NCBI GenBank assembly: GCA_964595755.1
Contig: CAZQQZ010000001.1
Span: 22,228-86,227 of the forward strand
Length of the DNA: 64,000 bases
Source of the DNA: an uncultured Candidatus Saccharibacteria bacterium
GTDB lineage: Bacteria; Patescibacteriota; WWE3; CAZQQZ01
Reading direction: 5' to 3'
Part shown: positions 48,203 to 56,760 of the stretch, piece after piece
How positions within the stretch are numbered: the stretch's first letter is position 1
How the letters are laid out: every line of letters begins with the position of its first letter
Position numbers and translations under genes: made by a program
Notes under the pieces: model-generated
Told to the model about the DNA's origin: nothing
Database searches by the model: none
Seen by the model: the letters and a program-made list of their open reading frames with translations, nothing else

Positions 48203-48261
48203 AATTGGCGAGGCACAGCCAGCCTCGCCGAACGTGAGTCTAGGCGGGCCTCGCAGCTACA
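48203..48261. repeat. intergenic repeat copy 1 (reverse orientation relative to copies 2 and 3)
   Basis: Its reverse complement is tgtagctgcgaggcccgcctagactcacgttcggcgaggctggctgtgcctcgccaatt, which aligns with 54987-55042 and 56608-56658. It contains the 8-bp stem GGCGAGGC/GCCTCGCC. Confidence 0.7.
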
Positions 48262-48282
48262 ATAATAGAAAGGAATGAAAAT

Positions 48283-49665
48283 TTAGTTTAGAAGAGCAAA
48301 AAAGTGGGTTTTGAGGTCTTTGATACTGAACCTAATTTGTTCCATTGAGTCTCGATCCCTAACGGTGACCGTATCGTCCTCAAGGGTCTGGTAATCGATT
48401 GTAACGCACCAAGGCGTGCCGATCTCATCCTGTCTGCGATATCTCTTACCCACGTTTCCAGCATCGTCCCAAGCGGTGTAGAAGTTCGTCTTTAACCCGT
48501 CATAAACCTCCCTTGCCTTTGCCGTAATTTCCGGCCTGTTCGCCATTAATGGGAAAACGGCAACTTTGTAAGGAGCCAGGTTTGGAGGAAGTTTAAGAAG
48601 CGTCCGAGAGATTTCTCCCATTTCATCTTTTTCTTCCGTAAAGGCGCTTAGAAGAACCGCAAGAAGCGTCCGAGTGACTCCAAAGGTAGGCTCAACGACA
48701 TGGGGAACAAATCTCTTATTTTCTTTGGTATCAAAATAACTTAATTCCTGACCCGAAAATTTAGCATGGTTAGTGAGATCAAAGTCGGTTCGATAAGCCA
48801 AACCATAAAGTTCCTGAAAGCTCCCGAAAGGAAAGTCGTATTCAATATCCTCTGTTCTTTTTGAATAATGAGATAGTTCTTCTTTCGAATGAGCCCTCCA
48901 GCGAAGCTTCTCTTCCTCCAAACCAAGTTCTTTTGCCCATTCCCACATCAAGCCCTTCCATTCCTCAAAAACATTTTCCCAGTCCTCTTCTCTAATAAAA
49001 TACTCGATCTCCATTTGCTCAAATTCCAAAGTTCTAAAAACAAAATTCCCGGGGGTAATTTCATTTCTAAAAGCTTTTCCAATCTGGGCAACTCCAAATG
49101 GAATTTTTGGGGAAAAAGAATCAACTATATTTTTAAAGTTGACAAATATATTCTGGGCCGTTTCCCCCCGAAGGTAAACATCAAACTTGGTGTTTTCAAC
49201 ACTCCCAAGAGATGTTTTAAAAAGAAGGTTAAATTTACGAGCCTCGGTTAAATTTGTGCTTCCGCATTTAGGACATTTAAGATTCTTTTCTTTAATTATC
49301 TCTGTGAGTTCCGCGGGCGTTTTTCCACCCGCACTAATTTTAAGGGAGTCTTCAACCAAATGATCTGCCCTAATTCTTTCTTTGCAGTCCTTGCAATCAA
49401 CCAAAGGATCATTAAAATTAGTTACGTGCCCAGACGCCTCCCAAACTTTGGGGTTTGAGATGATTGCCCCATCCATTCCGTAAATATTTTCCCGAGTTCC
49501 CACAAAAGTTTTCCACCAAAGATTTCTGATATTCCTTAAAAGTTCCGCCCCCAAAGGACCGTAATCATAAGCATTGGAAAGCCCCCCATAAATCTCAGAA
49601 TTCGGGTAAACAAACCCCCTTCTCTTACATAAAGAAACAATTTTTTGCATCAGATCTTCTGTCAT
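48283..49665 (-). CDS. glyQS: glycyl-tRNA synthetase (class II, dimeric GlyQS type)
   Basis: N-terminus RRGFVYPNSEIYGGLSNAYDYGPLG, class II motifs, and a C-terminal anticodon-binding domain. Confidence 0.85.
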   Translation of the reverse strand: MTEDLMQKIVSLCKRRGFVYPNSEIYGGLSNAYDYGPLGAELLRNIRNLWWKTFVGTRENIYGMDGAIISNPKVWEASGHVTNFNDPLVDCKDCKERIRADHLVEDSLKISAGGKTPAELTEIIKEKNLKCPKCGSTNLTEARKFNLLFKTSLGSVENTKFDVYLRGETAQNIFVNFKNIVDSFSPKIPFGVAQIGKAFRNEITPGNFVFRTLEFEQMEIEYFIREEDWENVFEEWKGLMWEWAKELGLEEEKLRWRAHSKEELSHYSKRTEDIEYDFPFGSFQELYGLAYRTDFDLTNHAKFSGQELSYFDTKENKRFVPHVVEPTFGVTRTLLAVLLSAFTEEKDEMGEISRTLLKLPPNLAPYKVAVFPLMANRPEITAKAREVYDGLKTNFYTAWDDAGNVGKRYRRQDEIGTPWCVTIDYQTLEDDTVTVRDRDSMEQIRFSIKDLKTHFFALLN

Positions 49666-49667
49666 AA

Positions 49668-50189
49668 TTATCGATATGAATCCAAGGATCTTAATTTCCT
49701 CCCAATAATTTCTTCGATATAATACCGATTATTTACCTTTCCTTCAAGTTCTTTTGACCAGTATCCTAACAATTTTAATAATTTGATTTCAAAATCAGAG
49801 ATGGAAATATCTTTCTCGCACAAACCCTGCATAAATTTTAAAAGAAGCTCATAAACCTCTTTGTGCGCCTGCTCTTCCGGCAAAAGCGCGTCCGTAAGTT
49901 CACAAACATGAAAAGCCAATCTAATCTTTTTTAGGCTACCCTTAAGAAGACAAAAATCATTAATTAGGACGGACTCAGAAAGAGTATAAAAAGTTTTTCC
50001 TTCATAAATCTGAAGTTGGGACAAACACAAAAGATCGATTGTCGGGGCTCTTCTGGAAGTAATCTTTCGAACGCCTTTGGCGATAACTTTAATCTTTCCC
50101 AAATTTCTCGTCATCACCGTTAGAATCCGATCAGATTCGGAGAAATTTTTTCTTTTTATAATAATCCCCGCTACTCCAAAACTTCCCAT
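49668..50189 (-). CDS. recO: DNA repair protein RecO-like (short form)
   Basis: N-terminal OB-fold motif GIIIKRKNFSESDRILTVMTRNLGKI typical of RecO. Start placed at the Met with a GGGGA RBS; the longer ORF reaches 50225. Confidence 0.55.
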   Translation of the reverse strand: MGSFGVAGIIIKRKNFSESDRILTVMTRNLGKIKVIAKGVRKITSRRAPTIDLLCLSQLQIYEGKTFYTLSESVLINDFCLLKGSLKKIRLAFHVCELTDALLPEEQAHKEVYELLLKFMQGLCEKDISISDFEIKLLKLLGYWSKELEGKVNNRYYIEEIIGRKLRSLDSYR

Positions 50190-50211
50190 GCCACCGATTC
50201 TATCCCAAAGG

Positions 50212-52095
50212 CTATTTGATAACAACTTCCCGATCAGTTTTAAGTTTGAAGCTTTCTTTTTTACCTAAGAAACCTACCACGTAATCAAAAGCGTCCGTAC
50301 CCGGTTGCTTTTGGATTAATAGCTTGTACGCGTCTTCTTCAACAACCCCAACAGGCAACTCATATTTTAAAGTCAAGGTCGCCTTTTTAAGCGGATCAAC
50401 CGCCATATATCCCGTAAAGACGGTTTTTCCAAGATCAGTTGAACTAGTAACCGTATTTAAAGATCCCGACGAATCGATGAGTTTTGCGCCTTCAGGCACA
50501 TAAACCCTAACCCAATCACGATAACCGGTATTCCATTCCGCATCATACTCACCGGTGTTTTCGTAATCGATTGTAACGACCTTCTCATAGATATCTCCCC
50601 TCTTAACAATCTCTTGCGTGACAAACTCCGTTATCCACCAATTAGCTTTTCTTCCTCCAAAATTGGAATCGTTGATGTGAAGGTAATCACCCTTATAAGA
50701 AACAAGACGCCCGGCAACCTTGTAATGTTCAGCAAGTGTTTGAAGATCTGCATCAAAAAAACGCATCAAAATGTGCTTTTCCGAAAGAAGCGCTCCAATT
50801 TCCTTTAAAAAGTCGTCGTACTTTCCCGAAGGCATCCCATATGCTCGATTAATAATTTCATTCATTAGAGCCCCCAAAATATCCTTTCTCCCTTTTTCCA
50901 TTTTTCTTAAAACGTTCGCGTAAAGTTCAAGCTCATGCACAACGTTCTCACTCGTAAATGGAGTGGAATAACCAGTAACAGCAACATCCCCAAGCACCCT
51001 CAACAGTCCTTGGACAAACTGGGTATCTACCGCAATTACCCCATCAACCGCTGGAACCCCCGGAACCCGCATCCAAAAATCCATCAAAGTATCGGTAGAA
51101 ACTTTATAATCCGGAGAAAGGTTGGAATCTCGGATGTACCAATCATCAAGCTTAAGATAGGCCTTTATAGGAGCCGGCGCAGGTGGATACGCCCCCGCCT
51201 TGTTATCAATATCCAACATGTACATGTCACCGGAAGCAGAGCTAACGATCTGAGCGTTCTGAAATGTGAACAAAGCGTAGGCGGTCCAAAAACCTCCCGT
51301 TGGGCGAATTTCTTTATCATTTTGAAACAAAACCAAATAACGCATTGGACTACTGTTACCTGTCAGAACGGGGAAAATCTCGAATAATCTTTTGATATCG
51401 GGAAACGAAGTATTTATTCCAGAAACAACGCTTCTTAAAGAGAGTATTTGACCACGAACATCTTTTCCTCTTACGGATTTTGGATAACGATTGGGATTAA
51501 TCTTATCTAGATCAGAAGAAGCGGAAGCGAGCTCAATTCCAATTTCATCCATATCTTCGGCTACTTTTGGAAACAAAGTCACTAATGCCTTGACTTTTTC
51601 CGGACCATAAAGCGGCGTCGAGGCTTTCTCATCGGTAGAGAAACCTAGCAGATTTGCGTTTGGATAAATGCTATCAACCAATAATAAAGCGGAGGTAGTT
51701 AAATGATTTGCCGCCGACAAACCTGACTCTGCATCCTTATAGTACATTCCCAAAAAAGGCACGAATTTTGTCCAAGATAATTTCTTAGTTTTTGCTTCAA
51801 CCGTGAGCACATCTTCCTTAAGATACCCGACCCCCCGCTTAACCTGAGTCATATTCTGCAGCAAAAAACCGTCCTTGGTGTATTTAATGTGCTCATTCAA
51901 AGAAGCGGTCGAAGAAAAAATGTTCTTAACAGGAATTATAATCAGAAAAAAAAGCACCAACCCAATAATTGCAGTTGCCCCAAAAACCCAAAGCAGAATT
52001 TTTTTGTTAAATTTAAATTTAGACATAAAAGGAATATTAATTTTGGGAAGATTAAAAGAAAAAGAAGCCTTTCTGCTTTGGTTTATGCTTTTCAT
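50212..52095 (-). CDS. large membrane-anchored extracytoplasmic protein, possibly DUF4012-like, associated with the glycan locus
   Basis: 627 aa; N-terminal TM helix, the rest predicted outside. Adjacent to the PglC-like sugar transferase. The family assignment is recalled from memory and was not searched. Confidence 0.35.
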   Translation of the reverse strand: MKSINQSRKASFSFNLPKINIPFMSKFKFNKKILLWVFGATAIIGLVLFFLIIIPVKNIFSSTASLNEHIKYTKDGFLLQNMTQVKRGVGYLKEDVLTVEAKTKKLSWTKFVPFLGMYYKDAESGLSAANHLTTSALLLVDSIYPNANLLGFSTDEKASTPLYGPEKVKALVTLFPKVAEDMDEIGIELASASSDLDKINPNRYPKSVRGKDVRGQILSLRSVVSGINTSFPDIKRLFEIFPVLTGNSSPMRYLVLFQNDKEIRPTGGFWTAYALFTFQNAQIVSSASGDMYMLDIDNKAGAYPPAPAPIKAYLKLDDWYIRDSNLSPDYKVSTDTLMDFWMRVPGVPAVDGVIAVDTQFVQGLLRVLGDVAVTGYSTPFTSENVVHELELYANVLRKMEKGRKDILGALMNEIINRAYGMPSGKYDDFLKEIGALLSEKHILMRFFDADLQTLAEHYKVAGRLVSYKGDYLHINDSNFGGRKANWWITEFVTQEIVKRGDIYEKVVTIDYENTGEYDAEWNTGYRDWVRVYVPEGAKLIDSSGSLNTVTSSTDLGKTVFTGYMAVDPLKKATLTLKYELPVGVVEEDAYKLLIQKQPGTDAFDYVVGFLGKKESFKLKTDREVVIK

Positions 52096-52105
52096 ATTTT
52101 AAAAA

Positions 52106-52747
52106 CTACTCCGCCCCCCGACCGGCGACCACCGCCCAAGGGGTTTTAAATAAAATTAACAAATCTTTGAGAAAAGAATAATTTTCAGAATATTTCGCGT
52201 CCATCTTTACTCTTCCTGGAAAATCAATCGTGGTTCTCCCAGAAACTTGCCAGGGTCCCGTCAATCCTGGTTTTATACTAGTTGCCTTTTTAATAAAAAC
52301 TTCAATCCCCTCATTTCTTTTATTTTGCTCCTCAAGCTCAAAGGGATAATACGCCCTCGGACCAACGAGACTCATCTGCCCCCGCAAAATATTCAAAAAT
52401 TGAGGCGCCTCATCAATTGAAAATCTCCTTAAGAACCTACCTCCCGGAATAATCCTTGGATCCTCCTCTGGTTTTAATTTGTAGTTATTGAGTTTATACT
52501 TCTCGTGCAAATCTGGGTGGTTCAAAAGGTACTCGTGGGCTTTGGGGATCATTGTCCTTAACTTATACATTCGGAAAGGCTTCCCGCCTTTCCCAACTCT
52601 GGCGGGAATATCGGCAAAGACTGGTCCAGGAGAAGTAATTTTGATCCAAATGGCAGAAAGGATTAACATGGGCGAATAACAAAAAAGGAAAAAACCTGCC
52701 CCTAAAATATCAATTAATCTCTTGATGGGATTGTAAAAATTTTTCAT
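52106..52747 (-). CDS. undecaprenyl-phosphate sugar phosphotransferase (small PglC/WbaP-C-terminal type)
   Basis: RLIDILGAGFFL...SPGPVFA...GKPFRMYKLRTM...DEAPQFLNILRGQMSLVGPR is the bacterial sugar transferase signature. Confidence 0.8.
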   Translation of the reverse strand: MKNFYNPIKRLIDILGAGFFLFCYSPMLILSAIWIKITSPGPVFADIPARVGKGGKPFRMYKLRTMIPKAHEYLLNHPDLHEKYKLNNYKLKPEEDPRIIPGGRFLRRFSIDEAPQFLNILRGQMSLVGPRAYYPFELEEQNKRNEGIEVFIKKATSIKPGLTGPWQVSGRTTIDFPGRVKMDAKYSENYSFLKDLLILFKTPWAVVAGRGAE

Positions 52748-53804
52748 ACTCGCGTTTTACCGAAACGGAAAAAGTTTTTAAGAAAATTTCTTTTGAAAAT
52801 TCCTTACCCCGACGAACACAATTCTCCCCTTTAAAATGAAACTTGTCAAAATCAAGAACCGCTTTCTCTAATGATACGACAGTTTGGTCATTGAAAAAAA
52901 TACCGGTTTCCTCGTTAATAACAGTTTCAAGCGCCCCACCTTCGGAAAACGCAATCACGGGGCATTTGCAAACCATCGCTTCTACCGCCGTTATCCCAAA
53001 ATCCTCTTTTTGAGGAAAAATCAAAGCTTTTGCCCGACTCATTAAGTCTACCACATTCGAATCTGAAATTCTCCCCGTAAAAGTTACCGTCTTCCCTGCC
53101 ATCCTTTTTAGTCGAGGGAGATCCTCCCCTTCGCCAACAACAACAAGTTTAATTTTAAGCTTATTTGCGACAAGGATCGCAAGATCCGTCTGCTTCCAAC
53201 GGGAAAGTCTAGAAACAATTAGAAAAAAGTCCTTTCTCTTTTCAACAGGTTGCCGGCATTCTTTACTTTGAAAAGGATAAACGATCGTTGAATCGCGGTT
53301 GTAGAACTTTTTGATCTTCTCTGCAGTGTAATTAGAATTTGCAAAAATCGCGTCGACCCGTTCAACCGCCGCCTGATCCCAAATCCGAAGCCATAAATTG
53401 ATTGGCGAAGTAATCAGTCTTATAAGATTGCTCGAAAAATAATCAAACGGCTCCCAAAGAAAACGGGCGGGAGAGTGCATATAACAAATATGGCAAGTTT
53501 TTGAGCTAGTTGTTATACCATGAGAAAAACGGGCGGAAGAGCTAATCACCAAATCGTAACCGGAAAAATCAAAAGATTCAAAAACTAAAGGCATTAGGAA
53601 ATAAGCGAATTTTTCAATTTTATCCTTAAAGGGAAGCCTCTGTAATAGGCGGGAAGCCTTAATTTTCCCGTAACGGGAAGCGAACTTCTTATCATAAATA
53701 GAGGTAAAAATATCCGCTTCTGGGTAAAGTTCAAATATTGCCTCAAAAACACTTTCCGCCCCACCCGATTGTATAAAACTATCGTGAACTAAAGCAATTT
53801 TCAT
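52710..53804 (-). CDS. glycosyltransferase family 4 (GT-B)
   Basis: EDFGITAVEAMVCKCPVIAFSEGGALETV matches the EX7E GT4 motif. Confidence 0.75.
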   Translation of the reverse strand: MKIALVHDSFIQSGGAESVFEAIFELYPEADIFTSIYDKKFASRYGKIKASRLLQRLPFKDKIEKFAYFLMPLVFESFDFSGYDLVISSSARFSHGITTSSKTCHICYMHSPARFLWEPFDYFSSNLIRLITSPINLWLRIWDQAAVERVDAIFANSNYTAEKIKKFYNRDSTIVYPFQSKECRQPVEKRKDFFLIVSRLSRWKQTDLAILVANKLKIKLVVVGEGEDLPRLKRMAGKTVTFTGRISDSNVVDLMSRAKALIFPQKEDFGITAVEAMVCKCPVIAFSEGGALETVINEETGIFFNDQTVVSLEKAVLDFDKFHFKGENCVRRGKEFSKEIFLKTFSVSVKREYEKFLQSHQEIN

Positions 53805-54946
53805 AAGGCATGATATTGGGCAAGGGTTTCTCGGGCCATTTTTTCCCAACTAAACTTCTTGGTTTGGTTAAGCCCTTTTTCCACCAAACTTTTCTGCAAT
53901 TTCTCATCTCCCAAAAGACCAATTATTTTCTCTGCCATATCTTTAGGGTCATACGGATTAAAATAATAAACAGCCTCTCCTCCAATCTCTGGCATGCAGG
54001 AAATATTAGAAGCGCAAACGGGTAATCGATGGGTCATCGCTTCAAGGAGTGGTAATCCAAAGCCTTCCTTTAAAGAAGGAAATACATAAAGGGCCGCGTT
54101 TTTATAAAAATAGTACAGATCCTCATCCGGAAGATATCCATCATCCCTTTGAAAATTGGGAAATATCACCTCTTTACTTAAATCTTCTCCCAAAATCTCC
54201 TTCACTTCATTTCTTGCTCGTTTAGAAAAATAACTCACCTTTCCCACCAGTACCAACTGAATATCTTTATCCTTTTTGATAATCTTAAAAGCCTCCGCCA
54301 AACGAGCAACATTTTTGTGGGGGTACATACTGCTAACATAGAGTAAATATGGTTTGGAAATACCATATTCTTTAGGAATTTCCTCCGAGCCAGTTAAATC
54401 TTTTGTTTTGGATAAATCCACGTCCAAACCTTCATAAGTGACTACTATTTTTTCTGACGCGGTCTTAAAGTTTTTGACAATATCTTCTTTTGTGGCGTTT
54501 GAGACTGCGAGAACCTTCTTGGCGAACTTTATCGCCCACCTGATTGTGAGTTCATATCCCAAACGTTTAAAGAAAAAAACAATTGCTCCGCGGGTGGAAG
54601 TTTTTTGAGTGGGAAATTCACTCATTATTAAATCATGAATGGTAACAACATATGGGCGAAGATAAAGAAGGGGTAAATTAAAATGGGTAAAATGAACTAA
54701 ATCAAGCTTATTTTTGTATAAAGTTATTGGGAAAAAAAGTTGCTCCGAAAATGAATAGGGCTTAAAGTCAGCCTCAACTTTCTTAAATCTTGGATTTTCA
54801 CATTTATACTTCTCGAAACCCTCCGAGTTTAGGAAAATAAAATAATCATTTTCTTTATCCAATTTTTCTAACTCGCGGATTAAATTGCTTTGATACCTTC
54901 CTATTCCACCCACCCCATAAAATCGCGCGTCTATTCCTATTCTCAT
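53801..54946 (-). CDS. glycosyltransferase family 4 (GT-B)
   Basis: EGFGLPLLEAMTHRLPVCASNISCMPEIGGEAV matches the GT4 motif. Confidence 0.75.
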   Translation of the reverse strand: MRIGIDARFYGVGGIGRYQSNLIRELEKLDKENDYFIFLNSEGFEKYKCENPRFKKVEADFKPYSFSEQLFFPITLYKNKLDLVHFTHFNLPLLYLRPYVVTIHDLIMSEFPTQKTSTRGAIVFFFKRLGYELTIRWAIKFAKKVLAVSNATKEDIVKNFKTASEKIVVTYEGLDVDLSKTKDLTGSEEIPKEYGISKPYLLYVSSMYPHKNVARLAEAFKIIKKDKDIQLVLVGKVSYFSKRARNEVKEILGEDLSKEVIFPNFQRDDGYLPDEDLYYFYKNAALYVFPSLKEGFGLPLLEAMTHRLPVCASNISCMPEIGGEAVYYFNPYDPKDMAEKIIGLLGDEKLQKSLVEKGLNQTKKFSWEKMARETLAQYHAL

Positions 54947-54986
54947 GTCCTTATTATACCAAATTTGATGGCTTGAAACTGAATTT

Positions 54987-55042
54987 TGTAGCTGCGGGGC
55001 CCGCCTAGACTCGTGGGCGAGGCTGGCTGTGACCCGCCAATT
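54987..55042. repeat. intergenic repeat copy 2
   Basis: tgtagctgcggggcccgcctagactcgtgggcgaggctggctgtgacccgccaatt, between the GT4 gene start and the methyltransferase gene end. Confidence 0.7.
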
Positions 55043-55048
55043 TATTGC

Positions 55049-55819
55049 TTATATGTTTATGGCGATAATCCAAATGTCGGTCGCAAAAAAACGATTAATA
55101 GGGTACCTATCAATAAAAAAGCTCCCGATTTTACTGTCTATAATCTTATCGAAAAGACAAAGTATAAATTTTAGCATCCGCTGCTTTGCATCAATTTGGG
55201 AAGACCAAAATTTAGGCGTTCTCTCCAACCAAACTTTTCCTGTTAGATTATGTTTATTTAACGAGGCTAAAACGGAACCATAGCTCTGCTCGTTTATATG
55301 CCAGGCGGGAGAGTTGGGAGTAAGTCCCAATAACCGCATCAAAAAATGACCGAGCTTCACCTGATACTTAGTTGGGGAGGTTTGGGCAATAAAAAAACCA
55401 TCTTTCTTAAGAATTTTTGATACGGTAGAAAGAACCAGATTGATCTCACTTTCGTTAAGATGCTCCCAGACATTTAAAAAAAGCACTAAATCAAAAAAAT
55501 CTTCCGGAAAATTCATCTCGCTTACCTCTTTTTTAAGTAGAGAAATTTTTCTCTCCCCAATCTCTGCCTTAGCTTTTTTGACCGCTGATTCGGAACAATC
55601 AACCCCCATTGAGTTCCACCCCGCATCATATAGGTACTTGAGCATTTCTCCTCGGCCAAAACCAATGTCCAAAACCCTTCCTTTGCGCTTTCCAAAAGTT
55701 GAATTGATTAAACGTTTCGCCGTTCGAAAAACATAGTGATCATCAATTGTGTAACCGGTAACATCTCGAAAATAATAGTCATCATAAATTCTGTGATCAA
55801 TTTTTTCTTTAGATTTCAT
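55049..55819 (-). CDS. class I SAM-dependent methyltransferase (not a DNA MTase)
   Basis: Motif I VLDIGFGRGEML and post-I acidic residue. No D/NPPY motif. Confidence 0.65.
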   Translation of the reverse strand: MKSKEKIDHRIYDDYYFRDVTGYTIDDHYVFRTAKRLINSTFGKRKGRVLDIGFGRGEMLKYLYDAGWNSMGVDCSESAVKKAKAEIGERKISLLKKEVSEMNFPEDFFDLVLFLNVWEHLNESEINLVLSTVSKILKKDGFFIAQTSPTKYQVKLGHFLMRLLGLTPNSPAWHINEQSYGSVLASLNKHNLTGKVWLERTPKFWSSQIDAKQRMLKFILCLFDKIIDSKIGSFFIDRYPINRFFATDIWIIAINI

Positions 55820-55822
55820 AGA

Positions 55823-56548
55823 TTAATCTTTCCATCCTCCACAAAGGTTTATGGCAGAGAAATTTTTAACAAATGGGAGTCTATACAGAAAGTTTTCTAT
55901 TTTTATTATTAAAGGCAATCTATCCGGCGAAATCATCGGAAAAAGTTCAAGTGGTAGTATTTCAATCTTTGTGATATCTGCTTTTTCAAAATAGCCTCTA
56001 AGTTTTTGTGGGGAAGTCTTTGTCATTCCCGATTCAATACTTAAATCAAAATATTTATCAAATAGGGGCGCCCCAATCCACCACCAAAGGTTAAATGGAT
56101 TAGGTTCGAGAACACTTACTTTCCCACCGGTAACAACCGCACGCGACATCTGTAAAACAACTTCGGCAGGGTTAGAAATGTGGTGTAAGGTATCAATGCA
56201 AAATACTCGCTCAAATCCGGATAAAGCAAGGGGTTTAGTGATGTCTTTTTCATAGGTGGTGAGTCTATCAGAAAATCCAAAAGAGCGAGCTCTTTCTTCG
56301 AGAATTTTTAATGATTTGGGAGAAAAATCAACCGCGGTAACCTTGTATCCAAGCTCTAATAGTAAAAGGGTCCAAGGACCCTTGCCACAACCAAGTTCCA
56401 AAATTCTTGCATCGGTTTTGACTCCACCTAGAACAAAATCAAGGACAATCTTGTTGATTCTTTTTACAGCGAAGCTTCCCGTACTTCTTAAAGGCGCGTA
56501 ATCACCGGCAGCTAAATCATCAAAAAATTCTTTTTGATCTTTTTTCAT
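55823..56548 (-). CDS. class I SAM-dependent methyltransferase (not a DNA MTase)
   Basis: Motif I ILELGCGKGPWT followed by VDFS. No D/NPPY motif. Confidence 0.65.
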   Translation of the reverse strand: MKKDQKEFFDDLAAGDYAPLRSTGSFAVKRINKIVLDFVLGGVKTDARILELGCGKGPWTLLLLELGYKVTAVDFSPKSLKILEERARSFGFSDRLTTYEKDITKPLALSGFERVFCIDTLHHISNPAEVVLQMSRAVVTGGKVSVLEPNPFNLWWWIGAPLFDKYFDLSIESGMTKTSPQKLRGYFEKADITKIEILPLELFPMISPDRLPLIIKIENFLYRLPFVKNFSAINLCGGWKD

Positions 56549-56607
56549 TGGGGTGATTCTACCGCAAAATACCCCTTCTCGCTTTTTGTTTTTTCAATTG
56601 TATTATC

Positions 56608-56658
56608 TGTAGCTGTGAGACCCGCCTAGCAGTCGAGGCTGATCCTATCTCGCCAATT
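56608..56658. repeat. intergenic repeat copy 3 (shorter, internally deleted)
   Basis: tgtagctgtgagacccgcctagcagtcgaggctgatcctatctcgccaatt. Confidence 0.65.
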
Positions 56659-56670
56659 TCTTGTGGAATT

Positions 56671-56692
56671 ATTGTGACAATATTGTGACAAT
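56671..56692. repeat. tandem direct repeat ATTGTGACAAT x2
   Basis: Two perfect 11-bp units, preceded by the degenerate ttgtggaatt. A related ATTATTGTGAC occurs at 60326-60337. Confidence 0.6.
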
Positions 56693-56707
56693 AACGATAG
56701 TATGAAA

Positions 56708-56731
56708 GATTACTTATTCGAATAAGTAATC
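56708..56731. repeat. perfect 24-bp palindrome GATTACTTATTCGAATAAGTAATC (left boundary of the RM cassette)
   Basis: Exactly self-complementary; 30 bp downstream of the RM gene stop. The second copy, at 60219-60242, has one mismatch. Confidence 0.85.
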
Positions 56732-56760
56732 TCGAAAAAGACCCACCCAATTAAATGTTG

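Noticed and set aside
55049-56548. The two adjacent SAM-methyltransferases as modification subunits of the RM system
   Set aside because: They have class I small-molecule MTase motifs with no D/NPPY catalytic motif, and they lie outside the palindrome-bounded cassette. They more likely O-methylate sugars in the glycan locus.
56671-56692. Possible CRISPR array, from the tandem ATTGTGACAAT repeats
   Set aside because: There are only two 11-bp units, directly abutting with no spacers, and no cas genes.
56559-56750. 63-aa minus-strand ORF between the methyltransferase gene and the RM gene
   Set aside because: It overlaps intergenic repeat copy 3, the ATTGTGACAAT tandem repeats and the 24-bp palindrome. 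It has no RBS or motif and is likely spurious.
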